Positions 37,693-47,180 are shown, counted from the first letter of the stretch. The stretch is 55,939 bases of DNA from a virus (IMGVR_UViG_3300042987_002196:1-55939), one strand, 5' to 3'. Numbers and translations: made by a program. Notes: generated by a model from the letters alone, not told the origin.

Positions 37693-39224
37693 TGGCTAAC
37701 TGGTCGAACCCGGTGCTCACGAGCACCTATACCGACTTCATGAACCAGCTGAAGGATCGGGACACCGACCTCGCCCTTCAGTTCGACGGCACGACCAGCA
37801 GCAACCTCGCCACTGGCACCGTCCGATGGGACAGCAGCGCAGGACGCTGGAAGAAATGGACCGGCAGCGCATGGGGTGAGCTGGCGGCAACCTATGCACT
37901 GACTGCGCTCAGCACCACCGGCAACGCCACAATCGGCGGAACACTGGGCGTTACAGGCACGACGAGCCTGGCAGCAGCCACAGCCACAACCCCAGCCACC
38001 GGCGATAACAACACCAACGTCGCCACGACGGCCTTCGTTAAGGCGCAGAACTACGCACCACTGGCCAGCCCCACGCTGACGGGAACGCCTGCGGCGCCCA
38101 CTGCGTCGGTTGGCACCAACACGACGCAGATCGCCACCACGGCGTTCGTCAACGCTGAGATCGCCAACGACGCGCTGCTGCTGACTGGCGGCACCATGAC
38201 GGGGGCGATCTCCCTGTCAGGCGATCCCACGGCCGAGCTACATGCCACCTCGAAACATTGGGTTGAGTCGCGGGCGGCAAAGGATGCTTGTCGTGTTGCA
38301 ACCACTGCAGCGCTGACAGTCACGGCAACCAGCACCACGCTGACCAACGCCGGCACCCTTGCTTCGCTGTCGATTGATGGCATTTCGCTGTCGGTGAACG
38401 ATCGCGTGCTGGTCAAAGACCAAGCCACCACCAACCAGAACGGCATCTACACGGTCACCACGGTTGGCTCCGGTTCTGTGGCGTGGGTGCTTACCAGGGG
38501 AACTGACGCCGATGTTTGGGCGGACCTGGTGGGCGCCTACACGACGGTGGAGCAAGGCACCACCAACGACGACACCTTCTGGATGTCCGAGACCTCCACC
38601 GGCGGCACGCTCGGCTCCACGGCGATCACCTGGCAGCTGGTGAGCAATGCCCAGCTGGCGGCAATCGGTGCGCTGGCCACGAACGGTCTGATCGCACGCA
38701 CTGGCTCTGACACGGTCGCCAGCCGCTCGATTGCTGTGTCGGGCACCGGCCTGACTGTCAGCAACGCAGACGGCGTTTCTGGTGATCCAACCGTTACCAG
38801 CAACGCGACCAGCACCGGCACCACGTCCGGCACGATCATCGCTCGCGGCACGAACGGCGACTTCACCGCCGGCACCGCCACGCTCACCTCGTTCAGCTAT
38901 TCCGGCAACCCGACCAGCTCTTCAACGGGTGCGATCCAACTGCCGCAGGGCACCACAGCGCAGCGGCCGACCGCAGCAACCGGCTTTGTTCGGTTCAACA
39001 GCACCCTGACGCAGTTTGAGGGCTACAACGGCACTGCCTGGGGCAAGATCGGCGGTGGTGCCACGGGTGGCGGTTCTGATGACGTGTTCATTGAGAATGG
39101 CCAGACCGTCACGACCAACTACACTTTGACCAGTGGCAAGAACGCCGTGAGCGCTGGCCCCGTTACCGTCAACTCTGGCATCACTGTCACAATTCCGTCC
39201 GGCGCGAGCTGGGTGATCGTCTAA
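37692..39224 (+). CDS. Tail fibre protein
   Basis: IATTAFV repeats, DRVLVKDQ...NGIY, GTTAQRP...FEGY. Confidence 0.88.
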   Translation: MANWSNPVLTSTYTDFMNQLKDRDTDLALQFDGTTSSNLATGTVRWDSSAGRWKKWTGSAWGELAATYALTALSTTGNATIGGTLGVTGTTSLAAATATTPATGDNNTNVATTAFVKAQNYAPLASPTLTGTPAAPTASVGTNTTQIATTAFVNAEIANDALLLTGGTMTGAISLSGDPTAELHATSKHWVESRAAKDACRVATTAALTVTATSTTLTNAGTLASLSIDGISLSVNDRVLVKDQATTNQNGIYTVTTVGSGSVAWVLTRGTDADVWADLVGAYTTVEQGTTNDDTFWMSETSTGGTLGSTAITWQLVSNAQLAAIGALATNGLIARTGSDTVASRSIAVSGTGLTVSNADGVSGDPTVTSNATSTGTTSGTIIARGTNGDFTAGTATLTSFSYSGNPTSSSTGAIQLPQGTTAQRPTAATGFVRFNSTLTQFEGYNGTAWGKIGGGATGGGSDDVFIENGQTVTTNYTLTSGKNAVSAGPVTVNSGITVTIPSGASWVIV

Positions 39225-39236
39225 CCCGAAAGGATC

Positions 39237-39683
39237 ATGCCCATTTCGATTGACGGCACAGGGAGCATCACGGGGTTGACGGCCGGAGGGCTGCCGGATG
39301 GATCGGTGGCAACGGCAGACATTGCAAGTGGTGCTATTACCGCACCGAAACTGGATGGTGCGCAATCCGGGTCTGCGCCGATCTATGGCGCAAGGGCGTG
39401 GGTGAACTTCGCTGGAGCCACTGGCACAATCAACGCATCTGGCAACGTGATCGGTGTCACCAGAAACAGCACTGGGACATATACCATCACCTTCTCGACA
39501 GCGATGGCTGATGCGAACTACAGCGTGGTGGGGACTGCTCTTCTCAACACGGCAGCTCAATACGCCAACGTCAAAGTCGCAACAATCGCTGCCGGTTCTG
39601 TGCAAATCACAACGACAACGCAAAACAGCGGCAACCCGGCGGTCTTTGATCCGACGACTGTGTGCGTGACCATCTTCCGGTGA
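39237..39683 (+). CDS. Tail fibre-associated protein
   Basis: ARAWVNF..GTYTITF..DANY. Confidence 0.75.
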   Translation: MPISIDGTGSITGLTAGGLPDGSVATADIASGAITAPKLDGAQSGSAPIYGARAWVNFAGATGTINASGNVIGVTRNSTGTYTITFSTAMADANYSVVGTALLNTAAQYANVKVATIAAGSVQITTTTQNSGNPAVFDPTTVCVTIFR

Positions 39684-39699
39684 TACCAGAGGTAACCCA

Positions 39700-40368
39700 A
39701 TGACTCTCAGACTCAACGGCTCCACCTCTGGCTACACCGAGATCGACGCACCAGCATCGGCCGGAAACAATACGCTGGTGCTGCCAACGGGGAATGGGAC
39801 TGCTCGGCAAACAATGATGACTGATGGCGCCGGTGCGTTGTCATTTGTGAATGATGCGGGGGCGCTTTACTACCGCCTCAACGCTGATCTTGCTGGCGCT
39901 AACGCCACTGGCGCACAGTCGGTGTTTGGTGTTGGTGTGACGTTGGCGGCTAGTACGGTTTATGGGTTTCAAGCAGTATACGGAATGACAAAAACCGCTG
40001 GAACCACATCGCACACTCTAGCTATTGGTTTTGGCGGCACCGCGACCGTCAACAATGTCGCCTATGAAGCCTTGCAAGCCACCGATGCTAGCTCAACTTT
40101 TACGGCTTTGACTTATGCGACAGGCGCCATCAATTTTTTAACAACAGCAACATCAAGCGTCATCAGCGCTGCATCAACAAGCGCCGCCCGTTGCTGGCTG
40201 GTCAAACTTTCTGGCACCGTCAGCATCAACGCAGGCGGCACCTTCATCCCGCAATACACCCTTAGCGCAGCTCCTGGTGGCGCCTACTCCACCGTCGCCG
40301 GTAGCTACATCCGGTTCACGCCCATCGGTGCCGCCGGCAGCAACTCGTCCCAAGGCACCTGGAGTTAA
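39700..40368 (+). CDS. Tail fibre-associated protein
   Basis: LRLNGSTSGY...TDGAGALSF. Confidence 0.75.
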   Translation: MTLRLNGSTSGYTEIDAPASAGNNTLVLPTGNGTARQTMMTDGAGALSFVNDAGALYYRLNADLAGANATGAQSVFGVGVTLAASTVYGFQAVYGMTKTAGTTSHTLAIGFGGTATVNNVAYEALQATDASSTFTALTYATGAINFLTTATSSVISAASTSAARCWLVKLSGTVSINAGGTFIPQYTLSAAPGGAYSTVAGSYIRFTPIGAAGSNSSQGTWS

Positions 40369-40371
40369 GCC

Positions 40372-41055
40372 ATGAGCACTCTCGCAGCCACAAATCTCAA
40401 GAACGCCAGCTCTGGCAGCAACAACATCGTTCTTAACAGTGATGGAACTGTTGGTGGAGCAGCTCTAGCCAGTACTAGTGACATGGCTGGTGTAACAACC
40501 ACCGGCACTAACACAGCCGGTAGCACGACCCTCACTGTTGGATCCGCTACCGGTGTCAGCGCAGGCATGTTCATCGTTGGCGAGGGCATTGCTCCTGGTA
40601 CCACGGTGAGTACGATTGTTGGCACCACGGTAACGATGAGCCAAGCATCGGCGGCATCGCCCAACCTTGGTTTAACTGGAACCGAACCAGTTACCTTCTA
40701 CGCCAACAACAAACTGGTCAGCCCCGGCGTGATTGGTCCCATGCTGTGCCGCGCCTGGGTCAATTTCAACGGCACCGGCACCGTGGCAATCCGCGCCAGC
40801 TACAACGTGAGCAGCATTACTGATAATGGAGTTGGATTGTTCACGCTAAACATGATCTCAGCTCTAGCAGATACGAATTATGTCATGATTGGCACTACGG
40901 GAACGACAACTACGACTGGAGGCACGGCCAACACCGCAGTGCAGGACACCTCGGCGGTTACGGCAAGAACTACAATCGCCGTGCAATTCAGGTGCAATAG
41001 TTCAGCGGGTGCAAATACTGATCATGACTTCAATAACGTCGCCATCTTCCGCTGA
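40372..41055 (+). CDS. Tail fibre-associated protein
   Basis: CRAWVNFNG...NVSSITDNG; paralog of 39237 gene. Confidence 0.75.
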   Translation: MSTLAATNLKNASSGSNNIVLNSDGTVGGAALASTSDMAGVTTTGTNTAGSTTLTVGSATGVSAGMFIVGEGIAPGTTVSTIVGTTVTMSQASAASPNLGLTGTEPVTFYANNKLVSPGVIGPMLCRAWVNFNGTGTVAIRASYNVSSITDNGVGLFTLNMISALADTNYVMIGTTGTTTTTGGTANTAVQDTSAVTARTTIAVQFRCNSSAGANTDHDFNNVAIFR

Positions 41056-41064
41056 GGTATCACC

Positions 41065-41472
41065 ATGCAACGCATCATCTACTCTCAACCCGATGGCACC
41101 GTTGCTGTCATCATCCCCGCCGAGTCCGTCGAACTGGCGCTCAAGGATGTGCCTGAGGGCGTTCTCTATGAGATCGTCTCTACCGACGATGTTCCAGCCG
41201 ATCGCACCTTCCGTGGTGCCTGGGTAATGGGCGACTGCTGCGTTGAGCACGACATCGACCGCTGCCGTGCCATCGGCCACGACATGCGCCGTGCCAAGCG
41301 TGCCGAGGAGTTCGCGCCGCACGATGAGGTGATCGCCAAGCAGATTCCTGGCGCTGATGCTGCCGCCGCCGAGGAGGCCCGCCAGGAGATCCGCGACCGC
41401 TACGCCGGTATCCAGGCGGCCATCGACGCAGCTGCCACGCCTGATGAAATCAAAGCCGCTCTCGAATCCTGA
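41065..41472 (+). CDS. Tail fibre assembly-like protein
   Basis: KDVPEG..DRTFRGAW; follows fibre genes. Confidence 0.7.
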   Translation: MQRIIYSQPDGTVAVIIPAESVELALKDVPEGVLYEIVSTDDVPADRTFRGAWVMGDCCVEHDIDRCRAIGHDMRRAKRAEEFAPHDEVIAKQIPGADAAAAEEARQEIRDRYAGIQAAIDAAATPDEIKAALES

Positions 41473-41609
41473 TGGCAGTCCGCAGCAAAACTGGCACCGC
41501 TCGCGTTGAGCATCAGCCGGGGCCTCCCAAGACCACCCGCCAAGGGCACGGCCAGCACAGCCGGCCGCGGCGGCGTGGTCGCAAGCCACTACGCGGGCAA
41601 GGTCGGTAA
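41472..41609 (+). CDS. Small basic protein ending RGQGR (45 aa, not in ORF track)
   Basis: MAVRSKTG...KTTRQGHG...RKPLRGQGR; coupled on both sides. Confidence 0.7.
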   Translation: MAVRSKTGTARVEHQPGPPKTTRQGHGQHSRPRRRGRKPLRGQGR

Positions 41610-41752
41610 TGGACGCCCAAACCCGCGAAAATTGGCGCAAAGTCAAGGAAGCGCTAGAGCGGGCGGGAAAAACCGACAACCACTACTATCGCCGGGCTCT
41701 TGCGATCCTAGCCACTGGTCGCGATCCTTTCGACAGCGAGCTGCCTCGGTAG
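41609..41752 (+). CDS. Small hypothetical protein (47 aa, not in ORF track)
   Basis: MDAQTRENWRKVKEALERAGKTDNHYYRRA; TAATG coupling. Confidence 0.7.
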   Translation: MDAQTRENWRKVKEALERAGKTDNHYYRRALAILATGRDPFDSELPR

Positions 41753-41776
41753 CATCGTTCAGTCGAAGGAAGGGGC

Positions 41777-42049
41777 ATGGAGCGCGAGGTGTCACACAAT
41801 GACATCTACCGTGAGCTCGGTGAGCTCAAGGGCATGATGTCTGCCCTCATCCTTCACCGGGATAGGGACAACGACGAAAAGAAAGACATTTTTAAGCGGA
41901 TCGGTACTCTTGAAACCCGCATGGGTCAGGTGGTCATCCTGGCCGTCGTCGCCAGCTTGGTCTTACCCCCGGTATTCTCCTTCGTTGGCCAGCACTTCCA
42001 GCTCAACATCAGGCCCACTGCTGCTGTTTTAAGCGGCAAGCAGGGCTAG
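41777..42049 (+). CDS. Coiled-coil plus TM lysis-module protein
   Basis: Coiled coil then VVILAVVASLVLPPVF TM segment. Confidence 0.7.
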   Translation: MEREVSHNDIYRELGELKGMMSALILHRDRDNDEKKDIFKRIGTLETRMGQVVILAVVASLVLPPVFSFVGQHFQLNIRPTAAVLSGKQG

Positions 42050-42076
42050 CCTTGGAGAAACCTCATGGTTCTCGGT

Positions 42077-42214
42077 ATGGATCCCACCACTGCCGCCATC
42101 ATTGCGATCGGCGTTGCTGCGCTGTCTGAGGCAATCGCCCTCAGCCCACTGCGTGCCAACAGCATCATCCAGCTGATCCTGCAGTTCCTGCGCCTTGCAT
42201 TCCCAAAGCGCTGA
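42077..42214 (+). CDS. Putative holin (45 aa, not in ORF track)
   Basis: MDPTTAAIIAIGVAALSEAIALSPLRANSIIQLILQFLRLAFPKR, hydrophobic, upstream of endolysin. Confidence 0.7.
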   Translation: MDPTTAAIIAIGVAALSEAIALSPLRANSIIQLILQFLRLAFPKR

Positions 42215-42384
42215 CGATCGGCCCACGGCTCGATCGCGCTATCGAGGACTGGCATGCAACCCAGCCACCCAGCATGCCAGCCCCGGTGATCGAGCACCAT
42301 CCGATCGGCGACGAGCTGCAGACCGGCGATAGCCGGCTGCTTGGTGGTGCGATGGAGATCAAGTCGCCTTGGAGCCGAGAGTGA
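42202..42384 (+). CDS. -1 frameshift extension of the holin
   Basis: C CCA AAG heptamer, 6-nt spacer, hairpin; open -1 frame ends overlapping the endolysin GTG. Confidence 0.55.
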   Translation, partial: PKALTIGPRLDRAIEDWHATQPPSMPAPVIEHHPIGDELQTGDSRLLGGAMEIKSPWSRE

Positions 42385-43556
42385 GCAACACCGCCCCGAT
42401 CAGCCTTGAGCAGCTATTCCGCTACTGGCGGAATCTCCCCCACCAAGCCGGCGCTATCGCTGAATTGGAGGTTGATCTGCGTGAAAACGGCTACGACGAC
42501 GCCATGCGTCGCGATCGGCCGTGGTTTGCCACGTGGAGCCAGGACGGCAAGCAGTCCGACCTGGCGCCGGCCTTGGCTTTGATCAAGTCGTTCGAGGGCT
42601 GTCACCTTGAGGCGTACCCAGACCCGCTGCACGGGTGGGACGTGGCCACGATTGGCTACGGCACCACTCGCTACGGCGACGGCCGCAAGGTGCAGAAAGG
42701 CGACAAGCTGAACGCCATTGAGGTCGACATGCTGCTGCGGCAGGAAGTCGATCGGATCGCCGCCAAGCTGAACAGCACCGTGCCCTTCTGGAAAGAGATG
42801 GGCGACAACCAGAAATCAGCCCTGATCTCCTTTGCTTACAACCTCGGCTCAGGCTTCTACGGCACCGAGGGTTTCAAGACCATCAACGGTGCATTGCGTG
42901 ACCGGCGCTGGAAGGATGTGCCCGCAGCAATGCTGCTCTACCGCAACCCTGGCACTAACGTCGAAGCCGGCCTGAAGCGCCGCCGCAAGGCTGAAGGTGA
43001 TCTCTGGCTGCAGGATATGGACGAGATGCCGGAGGAGCCGGTACGTCTTGCTGTGCCCTACTTCAGCCAGCGCGATAACCAGTCCGGTCAGGGCTATCGC
43101 GAGTGCTTCTCGTCGAGCTGCGCCATGATTGCAGCCTTCTACGGCAAGGTCAAAACCGACGACGAGTACAACACTGCTCGTGCGAAATTCGGAGACACCA
43201 CCGAGCCACTCGCGCAGGTCAAGACTCTGCAGTCTTTGGGGCTGAATGCACGTTTCATTCAGAAGTGCTCCGTCGCACAACTTGAGGCCGAGATCCGCGC
43301 TGGCCGGCCCGTTGCCGTTGGCTGGCTGCACCATGGCACAGCCGCGGCACCATCGGGTGGTGGGCATTGGACCGTGGCGATCGGCTTCAACCCGACACAG
43401 ATCGTCCACAACGATCCATACGGCGAGTGCGACATGATCAACGGCGGCTACCTCAACGCCAAGGGCGCCAGCATCGGCTACAGCCGCAAGAACTGGCTGC
43501 GCCGGTGGGAAGTGGAAGGCCCCGGCACTGGCTGGGCGGTGCTGGTCTCAAAGTGA
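42381..43556 (+). CDS. Endolysin: GH24 lysozyme plus C39-like peptidase
   Basis: FEGCHLEAYPD..TIGYG, SFAYNLG, GLKRRRKAE; VPYFSQRDN, CFSSSCAM, GGHW, HNDPYG. Confidence 0.93.
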   Translation: MSNTAPISLEQLFRYWRNLPHQAGAIAELEVDLRENGYDDAMRRDRPWFATWSQDGKQSDLAPALALIKSFEGCHLEAYPDPLHGWDVATIGYGTTRYGDGRKVQKGDKLNAIEVDMLLRQEVDRIAAKLNSTVPFWKEMGDNQKSALISFAYNLGSGFYGTEGFKTINGALRDRRWKDVPAAMLLYRNPGTNVEAGLKRRRKAEGDLWLQDMDEMPEEPVRLAVPYFSQRDNQSGQGYRECFSSSCAMIAAFYGKVKTDDEYNTARAKFGDTTEPLAQVKTLQSLGLNARFIQKCSVAQLEAEIRAGRPVAVGWLHHGTAAAPSGGGHWTVAIGFNPTQIVHNDPYGECDMINGGYLNAKGASIGYSRKNWLRRWEVEGPGTGWAVLVSK

Positions 43557-43622
43557 CGTTTTGCGACTGAACCGAGACTTGGGCCCGGCGGCCCGTATCT
43601 TGGGGCATCACCTGCGACCCGC

Positions 43623-44144
43623 ATGATCCTTCACGACCGCGAAATCAAGCGCTTCTGCGAAGAGGAGCGGATGATCGTTCCGTTTGATCTCGATCAGCTC
43701 AACCCCGCCTCCTACGATCTGCTCCTCGGCAACGAGATCATGATCGAGAGCGCCACTACCGATGAGCTGATTCGCGTCGACATCAGCGACTGCGACGAGA
43801 ACAACCCCTACCTGCTCAAGCCTGGCCAGTGGATTCTCGCCGAGACCTGGGAGACATTCAACATGCCCGATGACGTGGCCGGGTTCCTCTTTCTCAAGTC
43901 GAGTCGCGCTCGAGAAGGTCTAGAGCACAGCCACGCCGGCTTCGCCGACCCGCAATGGAACGGCTCCAAGCTGACGCTGGAGCTCACCAACGCCCGCCGG
44001 CTGCGGCCGTTGAAGCTTTGGCCCGGCAAGAAGATCGGCCAGATGGTGTTCATGCTGATGGCCGGGATCCCGGATATCTCTTATGCCGCCGTCGGCCATT
44101 ACAACAACCACAAGCAGGTGATGCCGTCATGGGAGTCGAACTGA
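43623..44144 (+). CDS. dcd: dCTP deaminase
   Basis: LNPASYDL, KSSRAREG, AGFADP, LTLEL, IGQMVF. Confidence 0.92.
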   Translation: MILHDREIKRFCEEERMIVPFDLDQLNPASYDLLLGNEIMIESATTDELIRVDISDCDENNPYLLKPGQWILAETWETFNMPDDVAGFLFLKSSRAREGLEHSHAGFADPQWNGSKLTLELTNARRLRPLKLWPGKKIGQMVFMLMAGIPDISYAAVGHYNNHKQVMPSWESN

Positions 44145-44755
44145 TTCACTGCACGCCGGACGCTGAGCGGCTCATCGTCAAGATGGCCCGCGTCAGCAAC
44201 CCGGCCAATCAAGACAACGAAGCGACCGGCCCCAAGCTGCTCCGCTACCTGATCAAGCACCGGCATTGGTCGCCGTTCGAGATGGCATCGATGTGCGTCC
44301 AGATCGATACTGAGCGCGACATCGCCGCTCAGATCCTGCGGCACCGGAGCTTCAGCTTCCAGGAGTTCAGCACTCGCTATGCGAAAACCGGCATGGCGGA
44401 AATTCCAGCACTTAGGCGCCAAGATGCCGTCAACCGGCAAAACAGCATCGACGATCTCCCGGACAACCTGTGCTCCGAGATGGAGCGAAGAATGTGCGTG
44501 CTGATGATGGACTCGTTTCGCTTATACGATGACATGCTGCACGAAGGCATCGCCAAGGAGACCGCTCGCCGGATCCTGCCGCTCTGCACGCCCACCACTC
44601 TCTATATGCACGGCACGCTGCGCAGCTGGCTGCACTACATCGACGTGCGCACCGAGGCCGGCACCCAGCTCGAGCACCGGCAGATCGCTGAGGCGATCAA
44701 AGGTATCTTCCTTGAGCAGTTTCCCATAATCGGAGAAGCAGCCTTCGGGTCATGA
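44129..44755 (+). CDS. thyX: FAD-dependent thymidylate synthase
   Basis: HWSPFE, RHRSFSFQEFSTRY, KETAR, TQLEH. Confidence 0.96.
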   Translation: MGVELIHCTPDAERLIVKMARVSNPANQDNEATGPKLLRYLIKHRHWSPFEMASMCVQIDTERDIAAQILRHRSFSFQEFSTRYAKTGMAEIPALRRQDAVNRQNSIDDLPDNLCSEMERRMCVLMMDSFRLYDDMLHEGIAKETARRILPLCTPTTLYMHGTLRSWLHYIDVRTEAGTQLEHRQIAEAIKGIFLEQFPIIGEAAFGS

Positions 44756-45054
44756 GATTCGCCTCTCGCGACGGCACGGTCACATTCGACGAGGGGCTTG
44801 AGACTGCTTATGAGCTGTTTCGCGAGGGTCGCATCCAAGATGCGGCCATGATGTTCCTCGTCTACGCAGACCCCGACGCGATCGGCATCGTCGGCGAGAG
44901 CGAGTACAACGCTCTCGCTGCCCATTTCAAAGAGATGATGGCGTACGTGAAGCTGTACCAAATGATCTGCGACGAGCTCGCGCAGCCACTGCTCAGCGAA
45001 AACGGCAAGCCGGCCTACATGGTCGGGCCGGCGGCTGAGGACGACGAAGACTAG
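44752..45054 (+). CDS. Hypothetical acidic protein
   Basis: ATGA-coupled to thyX. Confidence 0.65.
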   Translation: MRFASRDGTVTFDEGLETAYELFREGRIQDAAMMFLVYADPDAIGIVGESEYNALAAHFKEMMAYVKLYQMICDELAQPLLSENGKPAYMVGPAAEDDED

Positions 45055-46163
45055 ATCTGATCAGCCACAGCCCTCGCCATCGCTTGCGCTCCATCCTCGA
45101 GTAGGTGCGCGTAGCGGTTGGTGGTCAGCGGGCTGGCATGGCCGAGCAGATTGCCGACCTGCGGCAGCGTCAGGCCAACCTTGGTGATCGCCACCGACGC
45201 CCAGTGGTGCCGCAGGTCATGCACCTTCAGGTTCTTGATGTCGGCAAGGACCATCAGCTCTTCCCATAGGTTCTGATACCCCACCAGATAGCCATCGTCC
45301 TGCCCTGCGATAATCCATTGTGTATTTGATTTGAGTCTCAATTCTCTCAAAATGAGAATTCCTGCAGGAGGAATATGCACTACACGCTTTTGGCCAGTGC
45401 GATTGCCAGTCTTGTGACTGTCGGCGGGTATCGCGATCACGCCTGTTTTCTCGTCGAACCACTCCCATCTAGCGCGGCAGATTTCACTCACGCGGCACCC
45501 CGTCAGCATCAGCAGCCGTATCAGCTGAGCGAACCGCCAGCGCAATGGCGAGGTGGCTATCGCGTCCAGTGCGGCCACCAGCCGCTGTCGCTCTTCGCCT
45601 GACAGGTAACGCCTCCGCTTGCGCTCGGTGTTGGCCGGCACCTTGGCGCAGGGGTTGTCCGCCCGCAGGCCCCACAGGATCGACAGGTTGAACGCCTTGC
45701 GCAGCACCGCCAGCGTCCGGTTGGCTTGGATCGGCCGGATGCGCGACAGCAGACGCATCACCTCGGCGCTTGTGACCACCTGCACCTTCTGTCGCCCCAG
45801 CTTCGGGATGATGTGGACCTGCCAGATGCTCTGGTAGTTCTTCGCCGTGCCCGGCCGGAGCTTCGGGTAGTGCTCGGCCAGCAAGCGCTGGTACAGATCA
45901 GCCATGTCGGGGCCGCGGCGCAGTTCCTGGCGGGCGCTGGTGGGTGCATGCCCACGCGCCACGGCGGCAAGGATCTTGTGCGCCTCCTCGCGGGCCAGCG
46001 TGCGGTTGAGAATGTCAGCCCGGCCGATCTTGTGATGCTGCTGTTTGCCGCTCGGTTCGCGGTAGCGCAGATACCACGTTTCGACACCGCTCGGCAGCAC
46101 CAACAGGCCCAGTCCGGTGACCTTTGAGTCTGGCTTCCACTCGCGTTTCATACGTCCCTCCAT
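45051..46163 (-). CDS. int: Tyrosine integrase with arm-binding domain
   Basis: TGCRVSE, HDLRH, LLGH, RYAH; N-terminal GLGL..SG.ETW..RYR. Confidence 0.96.
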   Translation of the reverse strand: MEGRMKREWKPDSKVTGLGLLVLPSGVETWYLRYREPSGKQQHHKIGRADILNRTLAREEAHKILAAVARGHAPTSARQELRRGPDMADLYQRLLAEHYPKLRPGTAKNYQSIWQVHIIPKLGRQKVQVVTSAEVMRLLSRIRPIQANRTLAVLRKAFNLSILWGLRADNPCAKVPANTERKRRRYLSGEERQRLVAALDAIATSPLRWRFAQLIRLLMLTGCRVSEICRARWEWFDEKTGVIAIPADSHKTGNRTGQKRVVHIPPAGILILRELRLKSNTQWIIAGQDDGYLVGYQNLWEELMVLADIKNLKVHDLRHHWASVAITKVGLTLPQVGNLLGHASPLTTNRYAHLLEDGAQAMARAVADQI

Positions 46164-46434
46164 TCGCGCACTATTCGCGCAGATTTGCGCGAATTTGCGG
46201 TAACTTGCGCGAATCAGTGGGCAAAAGCAATCCCAATAAATGCTGTTTATTCAGATACTTGATGAGATTCCGTGAAGTTGCGTGAGACGTGCGAAAGAGA
46301 CTTTTAATCAGTAGGTCGTGGGTTCGACCCCCACAGCGCTCACCATAAAACACTAATGCGATCAATAACTTAACAAAGATTAAGTTACGGCGCTTGCCCA
46401 GCCGCAGCGGCCGTTCGCGCACTATTCGCGCAAC
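46163..46434. other. attP region with arm-type repeats
   Basis: TTCGCGCACTATTCGCGCA at 46163 and 46414 flanking the tRNA fragment. Confidence 0.8.
46299..46345 (+). other. attP core: 3' part of tRNA-Lys(UUU), not a full tRNA
   Basis: GACTTTTAATCAGTAGGTCGTGGGTTCGACCCCCACAGCGCTCACCA; no 5' half. Confidence 0.88.
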
Positions 46435-46519
46435 TCCAAACCCGCAGTGATCCCAAAGAAAACCTTGGCTCGCGGTGCCTCTGGCTACCGTTTGCAGAGA
46501 CCTTGTCCCGGTGGCGCCC

Positions 46520-46753
46520 ATGGCGGCCTACCTCCTCGAAGTGAGCGCCAAGGTCGTGGTGCATTCCGACGTGGAGTCGATCGAGGAGTTCCTCGAGGAC
46601 ACCTACGCCCGGATCTCCGAGTTCATCCCGAGCGACGAGCATATCGTCGACATTGAGCTGGATGCCTTTCCCTTACCCCAGGAATCAGGTGGATCACCAG
46701 ATCTCGGATACGGAGCTGATCCCGAGGAAGGAGGCGAAGCTCAGGTTTCGTGA
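46520..46753 (+). CDS. Hypothetical acidic protein
   Basis: MAAYLLEVSAKVVVHSD... Confidence 0.6.
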   Translation: MAAYLLEVSAKVVVHSDVESIEEFLEDTYARISEFIPSDEHIVDIELDAFPLPQESGGSPDLGYGADPEEGGEAQVS

Positions 46754-47006
46754 CCAGATCCTGCTGAGATGGGATTACAAGTGCGCATATTGTTCAGAGC
46801 CGCTGGGCCGCTCGGCGACGCTCGATCACGTCATTCCCAAGGCCAAGGGCGGCTCCACCGACCGCCAGAACCTAGTGCCAGCCTGTCTTGCGTGCAACGC
46901 CCACAAGCAGCATCACGACTGGCTGCCGTGGTTCGAGTCTCAGCCGTTTTTTTCTGAGATCAGAGCCCAGATCATCCACGAATGGGTTTCGCAGCCCATA
47001 GAGTGA
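46689..47006 (+). CDS. HNH endonuclease
   Basis: CAYC..TLDHVIPKAKGG...NLVPACLACN. Confidence 0.92.
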   Translation: MDHQISDTELIPRKEAKLRFRDQILLRWDYKCAYCSEPLGRSATLDHVIPKAKGGSTDRQNLVPACLACNAHKQHHDWLPWFESQPFFSEIRAQIIHEWVSQPIE

Positions 47007-47101
47007 TGGTCCATTTGCCGCAAGGTAGTGGGATGTCCGCTGTGGCAGGCAGCGGTGAGGCGTGCGGATGCGTGAGTCGGCGTCACCTGCCACCTATTTC
47101 A

Positions 47102-47172
47102 GGGGAGCGGGCGGACTTGAACCGCCACTGAGTTCCAGTTGTCCTGGCTGCCTCTGCTTGGGCTACGCTCCT
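47102..47172 (-). ncRNA. tRNA-like element with non-canonical anticodon arm
   Basis: GGAGCG/CGCTCC acceptor, TAGCC D-arm start, perfect GGCGG-TTCAAGT-CCGCC T-arm, CCAG-GACAA-CTGG arm. Confidence 0.6.
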
Positions 47173-47180
47173 GGGCCAGC

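Noticed and set aside
43623-44755. DNA hypermodification pathway
   Set aside because: dcd, thyX and dNMP kinase are ordinary dTTP supply genes; no modifying enzymes or DNA polymerase found
46299-46345. Functional tRNA-Lys gene
   Set aside because: 5' acceptor strand and D-arm are missing; it is an att core
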